DNA of 64,000 bases from Acidobacteriota bacterium (GTDB lineage Bacteria > Acidobacteriota > Terriglobia > 2-12-FULL-54-10): the NCBI GenBank assembly GCA_009691245.1, contig SHUM01000009.1:7960-71959 (forward strand). The letters are read 5' to 3'. Of the stretch, positions 48,719 to 61,432 are shown one piece after another. The first letter of the stretch is position 1. Each line of letters starts with the position of its first letter. Both the position numbers and the translations under genes were made by a program. The notes beneath the pieces were generated by a model. That model was not told the origin of the DNA. It ran no database searches and was given only the letters and a program-made list of their open reading frames with translations.

Positions 48719-49691
48719 TCATTTCGATCCCATTGGGTTGCTGGCAGAGACAACTAGCTCAACTGTTTCCGCGACACGCGGGTTCGCTTGTGCGGAGGCG
48801 CAGCGATTCCGGCCCAGTGCCTTGGCGCGGTAGAGGGCTTCATCGGCTTGTACCAAAAGCGCCTGCCGGTCGAGGGGATTCGCGGAGTCCCACAGGGCAT
48901 AGCCGATGCTGACGGTTACGGTAACCGACCCGAGGCGGGTGGCCATCTCCGGCGCGGCGATGGTGGCGCGCAGCCGCTCGGCGAGCATCGCCAGATGATC
49001 GATGGTGGGAGTTCGCGCGACGATCAGGAACTATTCGCCGCCATACCGTCCGGCGGCATCGTAACGCCGTAGGCATTGCGTAATGCGCAGGCCGACTTCG
49101 TGCAGCACCTCGTCGCCGACCAGGTGGCCGTGCGTGTCATTCACCGCCTTGAAATGATCGGCATCGGCGAGCAACACGCCGACGCAGGAATGTTCGCGCC
49201 GGGCAAAGTGAATCTCCGATTCCACAAACTCGATGATGGCCGTGCGGCTCCACAGGCCGGTGGGGGGTCGCGGCTGACCTGAAGCTGCAGCGCCTCCCTG
49301 GCCTTCACCAATTCATCCTGCAATTCAACGATGCGACAGCCCGAGCGCAGGCGGGCGGCCAGTTCGTTGGGGCTGAACGGCTTGGTGATGTAATCATCGG
49401 CACCGGCATTGAGACCATCGAGAATTTCCTGCTTTTGAAATTTGGCGGAGAGCAGGATCAGATAGGTGTAAGGCGTCGGGCGCAAGATGCGCAGACGGCG
49501 GCACACTTCCACGCCATCCATGCCGGGCATCATCCAGTCCAGCAAGGCGATGTTGGGCGCGCCGGGCGCTTGCAGGATTTCCCAGGCCTGCGCTCCATCT
49601 GTCGCGATGGTTACCGTGTAACCCCACTTCTCCAGAAACTTGACCAGAATGGTTCGGTTGGTGGCGTCGTCATCGGCGATCAGTATGTTCA

Positions 49692-49692
<1 letters not shown>
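48719..49692 (-). pseudogene. PleD-like response regulator diguanylate cyclase (REC-GGDEF), disrupted by a -1 frameshift in a C6 run and an in-frame TAG inside the GGEEF motif
   Basis: REC (MNILIADDDATNR...ALLDWMMPGMDG...ITKPF). Then the frame shifts at plus 49264-49269; the shifted frame continues PTGLWSRTAIIEFVESEIHFARREHSCVGVLLADADHFKAVNDTHGHLVGDEVL...RYGGE-TAG-FLIVARTP...VTVSIGYA...ALYRAKALGRNR. The start overlaps the upstream kinase stop by ATGA. Confidence 0.65.
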
Positions 49693-52427
<2,735 letters not shown>

Positions 52428-52753
52428 TTTTATTTCTCTCCATACCGCATGTACCGCTGACTACAATTTGCCACAAACAGTTCATTCGCCTTGGCAGAAC
52501 GCCTGCAATGTCCGGGCACGCCATGGGCAGTCGCGGCTCCAGCGGGCGATAACATATGCACCATCGGCAGCGGCTGCGCACAGTTTTAGCGGGTTCGCCG
52601 AAACCACCTCCCGCCGGATGGTTACCGCAATGGTTCAGGCGCGACAAGTTATTGATTCTTCGCATTGGGAGGGGCTCAGCCGCCGCGCAAAACGGATCAC
52701 GCGCCGTAGGATACGGATGAGATTCTTAGGGGATGTGGAGGACGGTGGGCTGA

Positions 52754-54034
52754 TTAGCAGGCGAGCATTTTACGGGTTACTTTTAGCCCGTTTAGGCGAC
52801 CCAGAACCGAGACGGAAATATTTTGCTGCTGGAAGAAATCGCGGGCGATGGTGCGAATCTCCTCCGCCGTCACCGCTTCGATCCTGGCCTTCATGTCGTC
52901 GAGGGTCATAAAACGACCGAAGTACATCTGCTGGCGCGCGAGGTTGGACATGCGGCTGCCGGTGGACTCCAGGCCCAGCATCAGGCTGCCCTTCAACTGG
53001 TCTTTCGCGCGCTGCAACTCTTCCTTGGGGATCAGGTTTTCTTTCAAGTCGCGGAACTCGGCCAGCACACCGTCGATGAGGCGCGGGATCGACGACATGG
53101 AGGTTCCGGCGCAGATCATCATGCCGCCCGTGTCACGGTAGGGGATCAGGTCGGAGAAGACGGAGTAGACCAGGCCCTGCTGCTCGCGAATCTTCTGGAA
53201 CAGCCGCGAACTCATGCCGCCGCCCAGCAGCGAGTTCAGCAGATATGCGCCGTAGCGGCGCTCGTGTCCCAGCGGATAAGAGGGCACGCCCATGCAGAAG
53301 TGGGCCTGCTCGAGCGACTGTTTGTCGCGTAGCGTGATGTGCGCCTGCATGGCCGGGGGCACGTCGCCGCGTTCAAATGACTGACGCTTCAATCCGCGGA
53401 AACGCTGCTCGACCAAATCCAGCACGCGTCCATGCTGCAAATGTCCAGCCACGGCAATGACCATGTTGCCCGGCCGGTAGAAGCGGCCAAACTGCCGCGC
53501 GATGGCGGGGCGGCTGAAGTCGCTCACCGACTGACGCGTGCCCAGGATGGGCCGTCCCAGCGGATGGTTCTTCCAGAAGCGCTGCGTGAACATTTCATGA
53601 AGCAGATATTCCGGGTTGTCCTCCTCCGACTTGAGCTCCTCAAGCACCACGCCGCGCTCCTTGACGATGTCGGCGGGGGCGAAGCGCGGATTCAGCACCA
53701 TGTCGGAGAGCACATCGAGCGCGGAGGTGAGATGCTGGTCGAGCACCACGGCGTTGAAGCAGACGCATTCCTTCGCCGTGAAGGCGTCGAGATGCCCGCC
53801 GATCGAGTCCATCGACCGCGCGATCTGTTCGGCAGAGCGCGTACGCGTGCCCTTGAAGACCATGTGCTCGATGAAATGGGTGATGCCGCTCTGCGTGGAC
53901 GCCTCCTGGCGCGACCCCGTATTCAGCCAGATGCCCAGCGCCACCGAACGCACGTGCGGCATCGACTCGGTCAGCAGCGTCAGCCCATTCGAGAGAACCA
54001 CTTTGCGAATATTGCGATGCGTTTCCTGCTTCAT
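52754..54034 (-). CDS. M16 family (pitrilysin/insulinase-like) zinc peptidase
   Basis: Inverzincin motif HFIEHMVFKGT (HxxEH) plus an M16 N- and C-domain. Confidence 0.85.
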   Translation of the reverse strand: MKQETHRNIRKVVLSNGLTLLTESMPHVRSVALGIWLNTGSRQEASTQSGITHFIEHMVFKGTRTRSAEQIARSMDSIGGHLDAFTAKECVCFNAVVLDQHLTSALDVLSDMVLNPRFAPADIVKERGVVLEELKSEEDNPEYLLHEMFTQRFWKNHPLGRPILGTRQSVSDFSRPAIARQFGRFYRPGNMVIAVAGHLQHGRVLDLVEQRFRGLKRQSFERGDVPPAMQAHITLRDKQSLEQAHFCMGVPSYPLGHERRYGAYLLNSLLGGGMSSRLFQKIREQQGLVYSVFSDLIPYRDTGGMMICAGTSMSSIPRLIDGVLAEFRDLKENLIPKEELQRAKDQLKGSLMLGLESTGSRMSNLARQQMYFGRFMTLDDMKARIEAVTAEEIRTIARDFFQQQNISVSVLGRLNGLKVTRKMLAC

Positions 54035-54358
54035 GTCTCGCTTTCGATTTCCGATATCGACTGTACCGCCCGGGGAAAGAGGCGAGTGCTCGTTCGTAGT
54101 GCTTGCTGGGAAAGCCTATTGCCCGCCAGGGAGAACCCTCGGCCAATGCATGCGGACACAAAAACGAGGTGCTAATGGATTATATAACCAATTGCCGTGC
54201 GAAGGCGAGTGGGGGGCTTGCATTGGTAGCCGCGTCAAGCGGTTTTCTTGGCGCGGGCTTTTCTGCCAGTTAGCCCCAAACTAAACGCATGCAATCGTTG
54301 GTGGGCATGGAGCGTCTTTCTTCCCAGAACGGCTTCGCTGAGCGGGTTGTAGCTTACA

Positions 54359-55201
54359 ATGCTTGGGATGGCCACTACGTCTTCCGCGACACAAACTAAC
54401 ACTAGCCAAGCGCCGTATAATTCCATTCACGCGCAGGCGCTCGCGCGCGAGTATGTGATGGGCGCCGAGGTGATCCGCGCCGTGGATGGCATTGATCTCG
54501 ATATTGCCAAAGGAGAGTTCGCAGCGCTGCTGGGGCCGTCAGGCTCGGGTAAGTCCACGCTGCTGCATCTGCTGGCGGGGATGGACCGGCCCACCTCAGG
54601 CGTGCTGCGCGTCGAGGGCCAGGAACTGGGCGCGCTCGCGCCGGAGCAATTGGCGCGCTATCGCCGCGAGGCCGTGGGCATGGTCTTTCAGGCGTTCAAT
54701 CTGATTCACTCGATGCGCGTCTATGACAATGTCGAGTTGCCACTGCGCCTGGCGGAGATGCCCCGCGGCGAACGCGACGCGCGCGTGCGCGAGTCGCTTG
54801 AGCGCGTGGGACTGACCGCGCGCATGGATCACCGGCCCAGCCAGCTTTCCGGCGGCGAGCAGCAGCGCGTGGCGCTGGCCCGCGCGCTGGTCAACCGCCC
54901 GAGCGTGTTGCTGGCCGACGAGCCTACCGGCAATCTCGACAGCAAGAACGGCGAGATCATCATGCGCATGATTCAGGAGTTCAACGAGCAGCTCGGCATG
55001 ACCGTGGTGCTGGTTACGCACGAGCGCGCGCTCGCCGAGCGCTACGCCCGCCGCATGATCTTCATGGCCGACGGCAGGATTGTGAATTCGGAAAATGGCA
55101 GCGCAGTCCAGGTGAACGCCATGAGCAGTTTCGCATCTTCCAACTATCCAGCGGGCAACATCGCAGCGGCCAATAGCTCAACGTCAGGTGAGGCGCGATG
55201 A
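54359..55201 (+). CDS. ABC transporter ATP-binding protein (LolD/MacB-type)
   Basis: Walker [13 protein letters not shown]-loop, signature [15 protein letters not shown], Walker [12 protein letters not shown]. Confidence 0.85.
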   Translation: MLGMATTSSATQTNTSQAPYNSIHAQALAREYVMGAEVIRAVDGIDLDIAKGEFAALLGPSGSGKSTLLHLLAGMDRPTSGVLRVEGQELGALAPEQLARYRREAVGMVFQAFNLIHSMRVYDNVELPLRLAEMPRGERDARVRESLERVGLTARMDHRPSQLSGGEQQRVALARALVNRPSVLLADEPTGNLDSKNGEIIMRMIQEFNEQLGMTVVLVTHERALAERYARRMIFMADGRIVNSENGSAVQVNAMSSFASSNYPAGNIAAANSSTSGEAR

Positions 55202-56652
55202 AGCTACCCGACTTGATTGACCTAGCCGCGCGCAACCTGCGCAACTCTCGTCTGCGCAACGGGCTGACCGCCGCCGGTATCGGCGTGGGCATCGCCTCGC
55301 TGGTGGCCATGCTGTCGCTCGGCGTGGGTTTGCAGGAGCTGGCCGGAAGCCGACTGTCGCGCTCAGGATTGTTCAACACCGTGATGGTCTCCGAGTGGCG
55401 CAGTGTGGAGCAAATGCGCCGCGATGGGCAGCCGTCGGCGGAGGCGAATTCCGCCGTGCCTCTACCGGACTACGACTCACCGCCCGTGCTGGATGATACG
55501 GCGCGGCAGGAGATTCTGCGCCTGCCCGGCGTCATGGAAGCCGAGCCGGAGATCCGCTTCGTCGGCGAGATTCAGCAGGGCGACAAGGCGCTCATCGCGC
55601 AACTCGGTGGCCTGCCCGCCTCGGCGCGTGAGGATGAAGCCTTCGACACGCTCAAAGGAAAATTCTTCTCCGGTCCGCAGGCTGGAGAAGCCATCGTGCG
55701 CATCGAGTTCGCGCGCGAGTGGGACGCTGCGAATCCCCAGTCGATATTGGGTCAGGAAGTGGTGCTACGCTACGCCGAGCGCGAGTCGCTGGCCCCGGCC
55801 AATTCGGAAAGCCCCGCGGACACTGATTCCAGTGGAGCGAATGCGAACAGTGCGGATGACTCGGCGAACGGAAGTGCATTTGGCGGCGAAGAGTCTGCCG
55901 AAGATTCCAGCTACGGTTTCACGGTGGTTCGCAAAGAGCAGGCGCTGCGCGTGGTGGGCATCGTCGAGACACAGCCTTATGGCGGCATGCGCGAACTCTC
56001 CCGCGCGCGCGTCTTCATCCCGCTGGGCCTAGCCGAGAAGATGAACCTGTTGCAAAGCGCCGACCTGCGTGGCTCGGTTACCACCGGCGGCGGGAGGCGC
56101 ACTTACTCATCACTAATGACTCAGGTAAAGTCGCCGGCGCGCGTTGGCGAAGTGCAGGATGCCGTGCGCCGGATGGGCTTCCGCACCTTCTCGATTCTCA
56201 ACGCCTCACAGAGTCTGCGCCGCTTCTTCGCCATCCTCGATCTGTTTCTGGCCATCTTCGGCAGCATGGCGCTGGCCGTGGCCTCGCTCGGCATTGCGAA
56301 CACGCTGGTGATGGCGGTGCTGGAGCGGCGGCGCGAGATCGGCATCATGAAGGCGCTGGGTGCCAGCGACCGTGACATTAAGATGCTGTTCTTCGCCGAG
56401 GCCGGGTCTCTGGGCCTCGTCGGTGGACTGCTCGGCGTGGCCTTCGGCTGGGCCATGAGCAAAGGCATCAACCTGGCCACGGAGTATTATCTGCGCCAGC
56501 GCCAGCTTCCGCCGGAGACTGTGTCTTCCGTCCCGCCGTGGCTGGTGGCCGTGGGCATCGGCTTTGCCATCATCGTCAGTCTCATCGCCGGGCTGTACCC
56601 GGCCTCGCGCGCCGCCAAGCTCGATCCGGTGCAGGCGATCCGCTATGAGTAG
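55198..56652 (+). CDS. ABC transporter permease (FtsX/MacB-like with periplasmic domain)
   Basis: N-terminal TM, a large periplasmic domain and C-terminal FtsX 4-TM domain (IGIMKALGASDRDIKMLFFAEA). 4-nt overlap with the ATPase gene. Confidence 0.85.
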   Translation: MKLPDLIDLAARNLRNSRLRNGLTAAGIGVGIASLVAMLSLGVGLQELAGSRLSRSGLFNTVMVSEWRSVEQMRRDGQPSAEANSAVPLPDYDSPPVLDDTARQEILRLPGVMEAEPEIRFVGEIQQGDKALIAQLGGLPASAREDEAFDTLKGKFFSGPQAGEAIVRIEFAREWDAANPQSILGQEVVLRYAERESLAPANSESPADTDSSGANANSADDSANGSAFGGEESAEDSSYGFTVVRKEQALRVVGIVETQPYGGMRELSRARVFIPLGLAEKMNLLQSADLRGSVTTGGGRRTYSSLMTQVKSPARVGEVQDAVRRMGFRTFSILNASQSLRRFFAILDLFLAIFGSMALAVASLGIANTLVMAVLERRREIGIMKALGASDRDIKMLFFAEAGSLGLVGGLLGVAFGWAMSKGINLATEYYLRQRQLPPETVSSVPPWLVAVGIGFAIIVSLIAGLYPASRAAKLDPVQAIRYE

Positions 56653-57562
56653 TCAGTCAGTTATGCGTAGTCACTCAGTCGAACTTACACCGATTCGCAC
56701 TACGTACTTATTAGTCCTGGCCGCGGCGCTTCTGATGATTGTTCCTGATACGGCGCAGGCGGCGGGGCGGGCGGAGTGCAAGACTGTCGCCAGCAAGATT
56801 CTGGGCCGCGCCGTGCGCTACTGCGCGCTGCTGCCCGCCAGCTTTGACGCAAGCCCCGCGCGCCGTTACCCGATCCTCTATCATCTTCACGGCATGGGCG
56901 ACAACGAGCAGACGCTGCTGCGTCTCGGTGGATGGGACCTGATCGAGCGGCTGGCCAAGCAAGGCAAGATCGGCGAATTCGTGGTGGCCACGCCGGCGGC
57001 GGGTTCGACCTGGTACATCAACTCGAAGGACGGCAAGGAGCGCTACGAGGACTTCTTCCTGCAGGAGTTCATGCCCGCCATCGAGCAGAGGTATAGAGCC
57101 ACGGGCACGCGCGCTGCGCGTGGGATCACCGGCGTCTCGATGGGCGGCTACGGCGCATTGCGCTTCGCGTTCAAGTATCCGCAAAAATTCGCCGCCGTCT
57201 CGGCGCACAGCGCCGCGCTGATGGAACAGATGCGCCCCTCGTTGTCCCAGGCGTTTGGCCGCGGCTTCCGGGCCTTCGGCGAACCGTTTGACGCGGCCTA
57301 TTGGAATGAGAACACGCCCTTCGCGCTGATTCGCGCCACGGGAGGAGTCGCCAGGCTGGCGGGCTTGAAGATCTATTTTGATTGCGGCTCAGAGGATGAT
57401 TACGGGTTCCATGAGGGCGCCCGCGCGCTCACCAAACTGCTAGGCGAACGAAAAGTGGCTCACGAGTATCATCTCTATCCCGGAGGCCATGACGCGCTCT
57501 ACGTTGCCGAGCACATCGACGAGTCACTGGAGTTTCAGTCACGCGCGCTGGGCGCCAAGTAA
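56645..57562 (+). CDS. secreted esterase (esterase D/enterochelin-esterase-like alpha/beta hydrolase)
   Basis: Signal peptide and the putative-esterase family nucleophile elbow GVSMGGYGAL. The start is uncertain: the ATG at 56645 overlaps the permease stop and there is an alternative at 56663. Confidence 0.75.
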   Translation: MSSQSVMRSHSVELTPIRTTYLLVLAAALLMIVPDTAQAAGRAECKTVASKILGRAVRYCALLPASFDASPARRYPILYHLHGMGDNEQTLLRLGGWDLIERLAKQGKIGEFVVATPAAGSTWYINSKDGKERYEDFFLQEFMPAIEQRYRATGTRAARGITGVSMGGYGALRFAFKYPQKFAAVSAHSAALMEQMRPSLSQAFGRGFRAFGEPFDAAYWNENTPFALIRATGGVARLAGLKIYFDCGSEDDYGFHEGARALTKLLGERKVAHEYHLYPGGHDALYVAEHIDESLEFQSRALGAK

Positions 57563-57586
57563 TCAGCGAGTTACTCCACTCACCAT

Positions 57587-57680
57587 CAATCAGAGCCGCG
57601 ACCGGGAGGGAGCGGACCAGTTTATTGATAACTGGAAATCGTCGAACGGGTCCGCTCTCTTCCGGTTGCGGCTCTGATTG
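57587..57680. repeat. structured palindromic repeat element, copy 1 (about 94 nt, long outer stem + two inner hairpins)
   Basis: CAATCAGAGCCGCGACCGGGAGGGAGCGG...CCGCTCTCTTCCGGTTGCGGCTCTGATTG forms an outer helix whose 3 mismatches are all G.U on the plus strand. Inner hairpins are CCAGTT-tattgat-AACTGG and CGTCGAACG. It lies between convergent genes. Copy 2 is at 60351-60468. Confidence 0.6.
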
Positions 57681-57712
57681 CGTCATCAGTAAAAAGTGTG
57701 GTGAAACTGGGG

Positions 57713-58891
57713 TCAGCGATAGAAATTCAGGATTTCTTCCACCACGCGCTGCTGCTGGTCGCTGCTCAGTTCCGGGAAGAGCGGCAGTGAAAGCACTTCG
57801 GCGGCGGCGCACTCGGCCTCGGGGCACTGCGCTGAATCGGCGTCGAATCCCTGGAAGGCGGGCTGGCGATGCAGCGCTACGGGATAGTAGATCATGGTGC
57901 CAATGCCGCGCGCTCGCAGGTGCGCAGCCAACTCGTCGCGGCGTAATGCGCGGATGGTGAATTGATGATAGACGTGTTCACCCGCTAGACTCTCATGCGG
58001 CAAGACCACGGGTGCATCTTCTGTTGGATAAACCGCCGCTGGGTCATGCCGGCTGGCTGCGCCGAAAATTTTCGCAAAGAATCGGCGATAGTCCGCCGCG
58101 CGCGCGCGCCGCTGATCGGTCCACTCGCGCAGATGTTTTGACTTCACTAACAAGATGGCCGCCTGCAACGTATCGAGGCGGCTGTTGATGCCGACTTCGG
58201 GGTAGGTCAGCCGGTCGCTGGAGCCGTGGTTGCGCAGACGCCGCAGACGGGCAGCCAGGGCTGCGTCGCGCGTGGTGATCATGCCGCCATCGCCCGCGCC
58301 GCCGAGATTTTTGGTGGGATAAAAGCTGAAGCAACCGGTGATGCCCAGCGATCCGGCGGGCTGCCCGTGATACGTCGCCAGGATGGCCTGGGCGGCATCC
58401 TCGACGATATGGGCTTCATATTTTCGCGCCAGTGCCAGCAATGGGTCCATCTCGGCGCACTGTCCGTAGAGATGCACGGGAATGATGAGCTTGATCTTTT
58501 TTCCGTAGACCGGATCGGCCAGCGCCGCCTCAACTGCTGTCGCGCTGATGTTCAGCGTGCGCGGATCGATGTCGGCGAAAATGGGCCGCGCTCCCGCGCG
58601 CACCACCGCTCCGGCTGTGGCAAAAAACGTCAGCGGCGGGACCACCACGGCGTCGCCCGGACCAATACCCAGCGCCAAGATCGACAGCAGCAGAGCGTCG
58701 GAGCCATTGGCGCAGCCGACCGCATCGTCGCAGCCCTGCATCACGGCGATGGCGCGCTCCAGTTGCTCAACTTCTTCGCCCAATACAAAGTTCTGCCGCT
58801 CCAGGACGCGGGTCACTGCGGCGGCGATCTCCGCGCGGAGCGATTCATGCTGGATTCTTAAATTAATGACGGGAATGGTTGGTGGATTCAC
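57713..58891 (-). CDS. DegT/DnrJ/EryC1/StrS family PLP-dependent sugar aminotransferase
   Basis: The aspartate-aminotransferase fold carries a PLP-lysine region (GCFSFYPTKNLGGAGDGG). The start is uncertain: GTG at 58891 was chosen, and the ORF track extends to a TTG at 59029 that overlaps the upstream gene. Confidence 0.75.
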   Translation of the reverse strand: MNPPTIPVINLRIQHESLRAEIAAAVTRVLERQNFVLGEEVEQLERAIAVMQGCDDAVGCANGSDALLLSILALGIGPGDAVVVPPLTFFATAGAVVRAGARPIFADIDPRTLNISATAVEAALADPVYGKKIKLIIPVHLYGQCAEMDPLLALARKYEAHIVEDAAQAILATYHGQPAGSLGITGCFSFYPTKNLGGAGDGGMITTRDAALAARLRRLRNHGSSDRLTYPEVGINSRLDTLQAAILLVKSKHLREWTDQRRARAADYRRFFAKIFGAASRHDPAAVYPTEDAPVVLPHESLAGEHVYHQFTIRALRRDELAAHLRARGIGTMIYYPVALHRQPAFQGFDADSAQCPEAECAAAEVLSLPLFPELSSDQQQRVVEEILNFYR

Positions 58892-58955
58892 AGGGTAGTT
58901 TTGGGGAACTTCAATATGAGGATGCGTTTGCCGTCTGATTTTACGCGCAGAGCCG

Positions 58956-59612
58956 CTACTTGCGAGTGATTTCCACGCCGGCCTCCGGGATACTGATTTT
59001 CTGAATCGCGCCGTTTTCGCGGGCCACAATCTCCATCTCCAGTTCGTCGGTCGTTACTTTCCAGCGCTCTTCGTCATTGGTCTTACCCACAAAAACCAGA
59101 TTCACGGTGCCCGGCAGGGCTTCCTGCGGGATAAACACATTAAAGAGCTGCTCGCCGCCTTGGCTGCGCGTGTATTGCCGGAGCAGAAACGTGTAATGGT
59201 GAAAGAAATTCGTATCGAGAATAATCAGAAATCCCGGGTTCAGAAAAAAGACGCGTTCGGCGCTCTCTTTGCCGCTGGTCGCCACCAGCGAAGTTTCCTT
59301 CTCTCCAAAGCGCACGGCCAGGCTGGCGACCAGCGGCGACTTCTGCTCGCGCAGATAATCGTCGGGACGCATCGTCGCGGCCAGTCGCAGTGTGGCCTTT
59401 TCCTCAAGCGTGGCGTCGCCTGCCATCAACGAGAGTTCGGCGTGCGACTCCCACCATGCGCCGTTGCGCGCGATGCGAAACTTCTCGGTGCCCACCAACT
59501 GCCCGACGGAACGAATCTCAAATGTTCCGCTATCGGAAAAATTTCCGGACGCCTGAGCGCACGCCATGCGCGGAGACAGCATCAACAAAGCCGCAGCCAG
59601 CATGAACATTGC
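58956..59612 (-). CDS. hypothetical secreted protein
   Basis: Signal peptide MFMLAAALLMLSPRMACAQA. No recognisable domain. It lies between aroK and the aminotransferase gene on the same strand. Confidence 0.5.
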   Translation of the reverse strand, partial: AMFMLAAALLMLSPRMACAQASGNFSDSGTFEIRSVGQLVGTEKFRIARNGAWWESHAELSLMAGDATLEEKATLRLAATMRPDDYLREQKSPLVASLAVRFGEKETSLVATSGKESAERVFFLNPGFLIILDTNFFHHYTFLLRQYTRSQGGEQLFNVFIPQEALPGTVNLVFVGKTNDEERWKVTTDELEMEIVARENGAIQKISIPEAGVEITRK

Positions 59613-59656
59613 CAGCGCGTGAGTGAAAGCAGGTAGCCTGAAGCCACGAAGGGCGA

Positions 59657-60292
59657 TCAGGTTTGGGATAAGTTGGAAGGTGCCTGGTTGATCCATTGGT
59701 TTCCCTGAAAAAACGGTAGCGCGAGAATCTGTTGTACCACATCGGATGGCTCGGCGCGCCCGGAACGTACCGAATAAGTGGCCTGCTGGTAGTAGGGCCG
59801 GCGCTCTTCGTAGAGGAGGCGAAAGCTGGCCTCATCGCGGAACAGCGGGCGGTTGGGAATCAGTGCACAACGCATGAGCAGCTCCTCCAGTGGGCACTCC
59901 ACCCAAACAGTAACCGCTCCAGCGCGTTGCATCAATTCAAAGTTGGCTGGCTGAGCGAACGTCCCGCCGCCCAGCGCAATCACGCGCCCCGCGCCGGGCT
60001 GGCTGGTCTGACGAAGAGACTCCTCCAACAGCCTGCGCAGGACATCATACTCGCGGCGGCGGAAGGCGCCCTCGCCGTGGCGCGCGAAGATATCCGCGAT
60101 AGTAGCCGCTTCCTCCTGCTCGATGAGCGCGTCCAGATCCACAAACTTCCAAGCCACACGCTGCGCCAGCAGACGTCCCGCCGTGGATTTACCGCAGCCC
60201 ATGAAACCCACCAGAAAAATGACGTTAGCCAGAGACGGCGTGGATGGTTGAGCCGGAGTGGTGGCGTGAGCGTCTAATGGGTTGGTGGTCAT
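59657..60292 (-). CDS. aroK: shikimate kinase (with about 20-aa N-terminal and C-terminal extensions)
   Basis: Walker A GFMGCGKST, shikimate-binding FRRRE and the LID region. 211 aa. Confidence 0.85.
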   Translation of the reverse strand: MTTNPLDAHATTPAQPSTPSLANVIFLVGFMGCGKSTAGRLLAQRVAWKFVDLDALIEQEEAATIADIFARHGEGAFRRREYDVLRRLLEESLRQTSQPGAGRVIALGGGTFAQPANFELMQRAGAVTVWVECPLEELLMRCALIPNRPLFRDEASFRLLYEERRPYYQQATYSVRSGRAEPSDVVQQILALPFFQGNQWINQAPSNLSQT

Positions 60293-60350
60293 CGCGATGC
60301 TTAGCGGGGAAATGTCCCCACTTGCAGTTTACCGCGCGGCAACGGGAACG

Positions 60351-60468
60351 CCAAATAGTGCCACATAGTGACAGTGCCGCGACCGGGAGGGAGCGGTCCA
60401 GTTTCAATGGTCACTGGGAATCGTCGAGCGCGACCGCTCCCTTCCGGTCGCGGCTCTATTTGGGTCAC
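60351..60468. repeat. structured palindromic repeat element, copy 2
   Basis: GCCGCGACCGGGAGGGAGCGG...CCGCTCCCTTCCGGTCGCGGC outer helix with one G.U on the plus strand. Inner hairpins are CCAGT-ttcaatggtc-ACTGG and GTCG-agcg-CGAC. Compared with copy 1 the inner loops differ but pairing is kept. Confidence 0.6.
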
Positions 60469-60499
60469 AGCATCAGCAAAAATTCTCTGGATGTAGGAT

Positions 60500-61432
60500 T
60501 TACTGGCCCGCCGTGCCGGTGCCGCGCAGGCGAATGGTGCCGCTGAAGGAGTTCACTTCCACGTTGGCGTCGCCGGAGTTGAGGCGGCCTTGCAGGAACT
60601 TGCCAGGCGGCAGGCGGCGAAAGGCAATTCCTTCCGGCGTGGGGCGGAAGGTCAGATTGCTCTGAACCGTTCCTTGCACGGAGCGCGCGGTCAGGTTGAA
60701 GCTGGCGTTACGCGAGGCGATGATCTCGATGGGCGAGCTGTAGCTGTTCAGGACGTATGAGCCGCCCTGTCCAAAGTCGCCTTCATAGCTGATCTCGCCG
60801 GAATTGGTGTTGGCAATCAGCGACGCGCCGCTGACGCGCATGAACTTCATGTCACCGCTGATCGACTCCGCCGTTACATTTCCTAGTGAGGCGATCATCT
60901 GGATCGGTCCATCCACGGTCTTCAGCGCGATATCGCCCTGCACGCCGGAGATGGCCACGGCGGTGCTCACGCCATCCACTAACACTGGCCCAGCGATGTT
61001 GCTTACGGAGACCTGACCGCGATCGGTCTTCAGTCGCACGTCGGTGTGCCGGGGCACCTGAATGGTCAGGTCCACGCGGGCGTCTTCTGACGTCATGCGC
61101 TCGCGCCGTGGGTGGCTCTGGATGCTGACTTTGTCCGCACTGCCGTCAATGCTTACTTCCATGGCATCCGAGCCGGACTCGCCCTGTATCTCAATCTCAT
61201 TCTGATCCCATCCCGTAACGCTAACCTTACCGGTCTGTGTGCGCAACTCCAGCACGGGATTTTCCGTAGTGGCGATCCTGCGGCGAATGCTCTCCGCGTA
61301 AACGGAGGTCAGGCCCAGCAATAGCGCGCCGCCCAGCAGAATAGCACGCCGGCCGTTCGCCGGTTTACGCACCACTTTATGCTCCGCTGAGCGCTCCGGC
61401 GTGTGGGGAGAAGCTAGAAATTGTCGTTCCAT
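60500..61432 (-). CDS. DUF4097 family beta-repeat protein (putative adhesin/anti-sigma-associated)
   Basis: N-terminal TM, then repetitive beta-strand units (GDI.L.T..G.I, VSGDMKF) typical of DUF4097. It is downstream of the anti-sigma factor in the same operon. Confidence 0.7.
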   Translation of the reverse strand: MERQFLASPHTPERSAEHKVVRKPANGRRAILLGGALLLGLTSVYAESIRRRIATTENPVLELRTQTGKVSVTGWDQNEIEIQGESGSDAMEVSIDGSADKVSIQSHPRRERMTSEDARVDLTIQVPRHTDVRLKTDRGQVSVSNIAGPVLVDGVSTAVAISGVQGDIALKTVDGPIQMIASLGNVTAESISGDMKFMRVSGASLIANTNSGEISYEGDFGQGGSYVLNSYSSPIEIIASRNASFNLTARSVQGTVQSNLTFRPTPEGIAFRRLPPGKFLQGRLNSGDANVEVNSFSGTIRLRGTGTAGQ

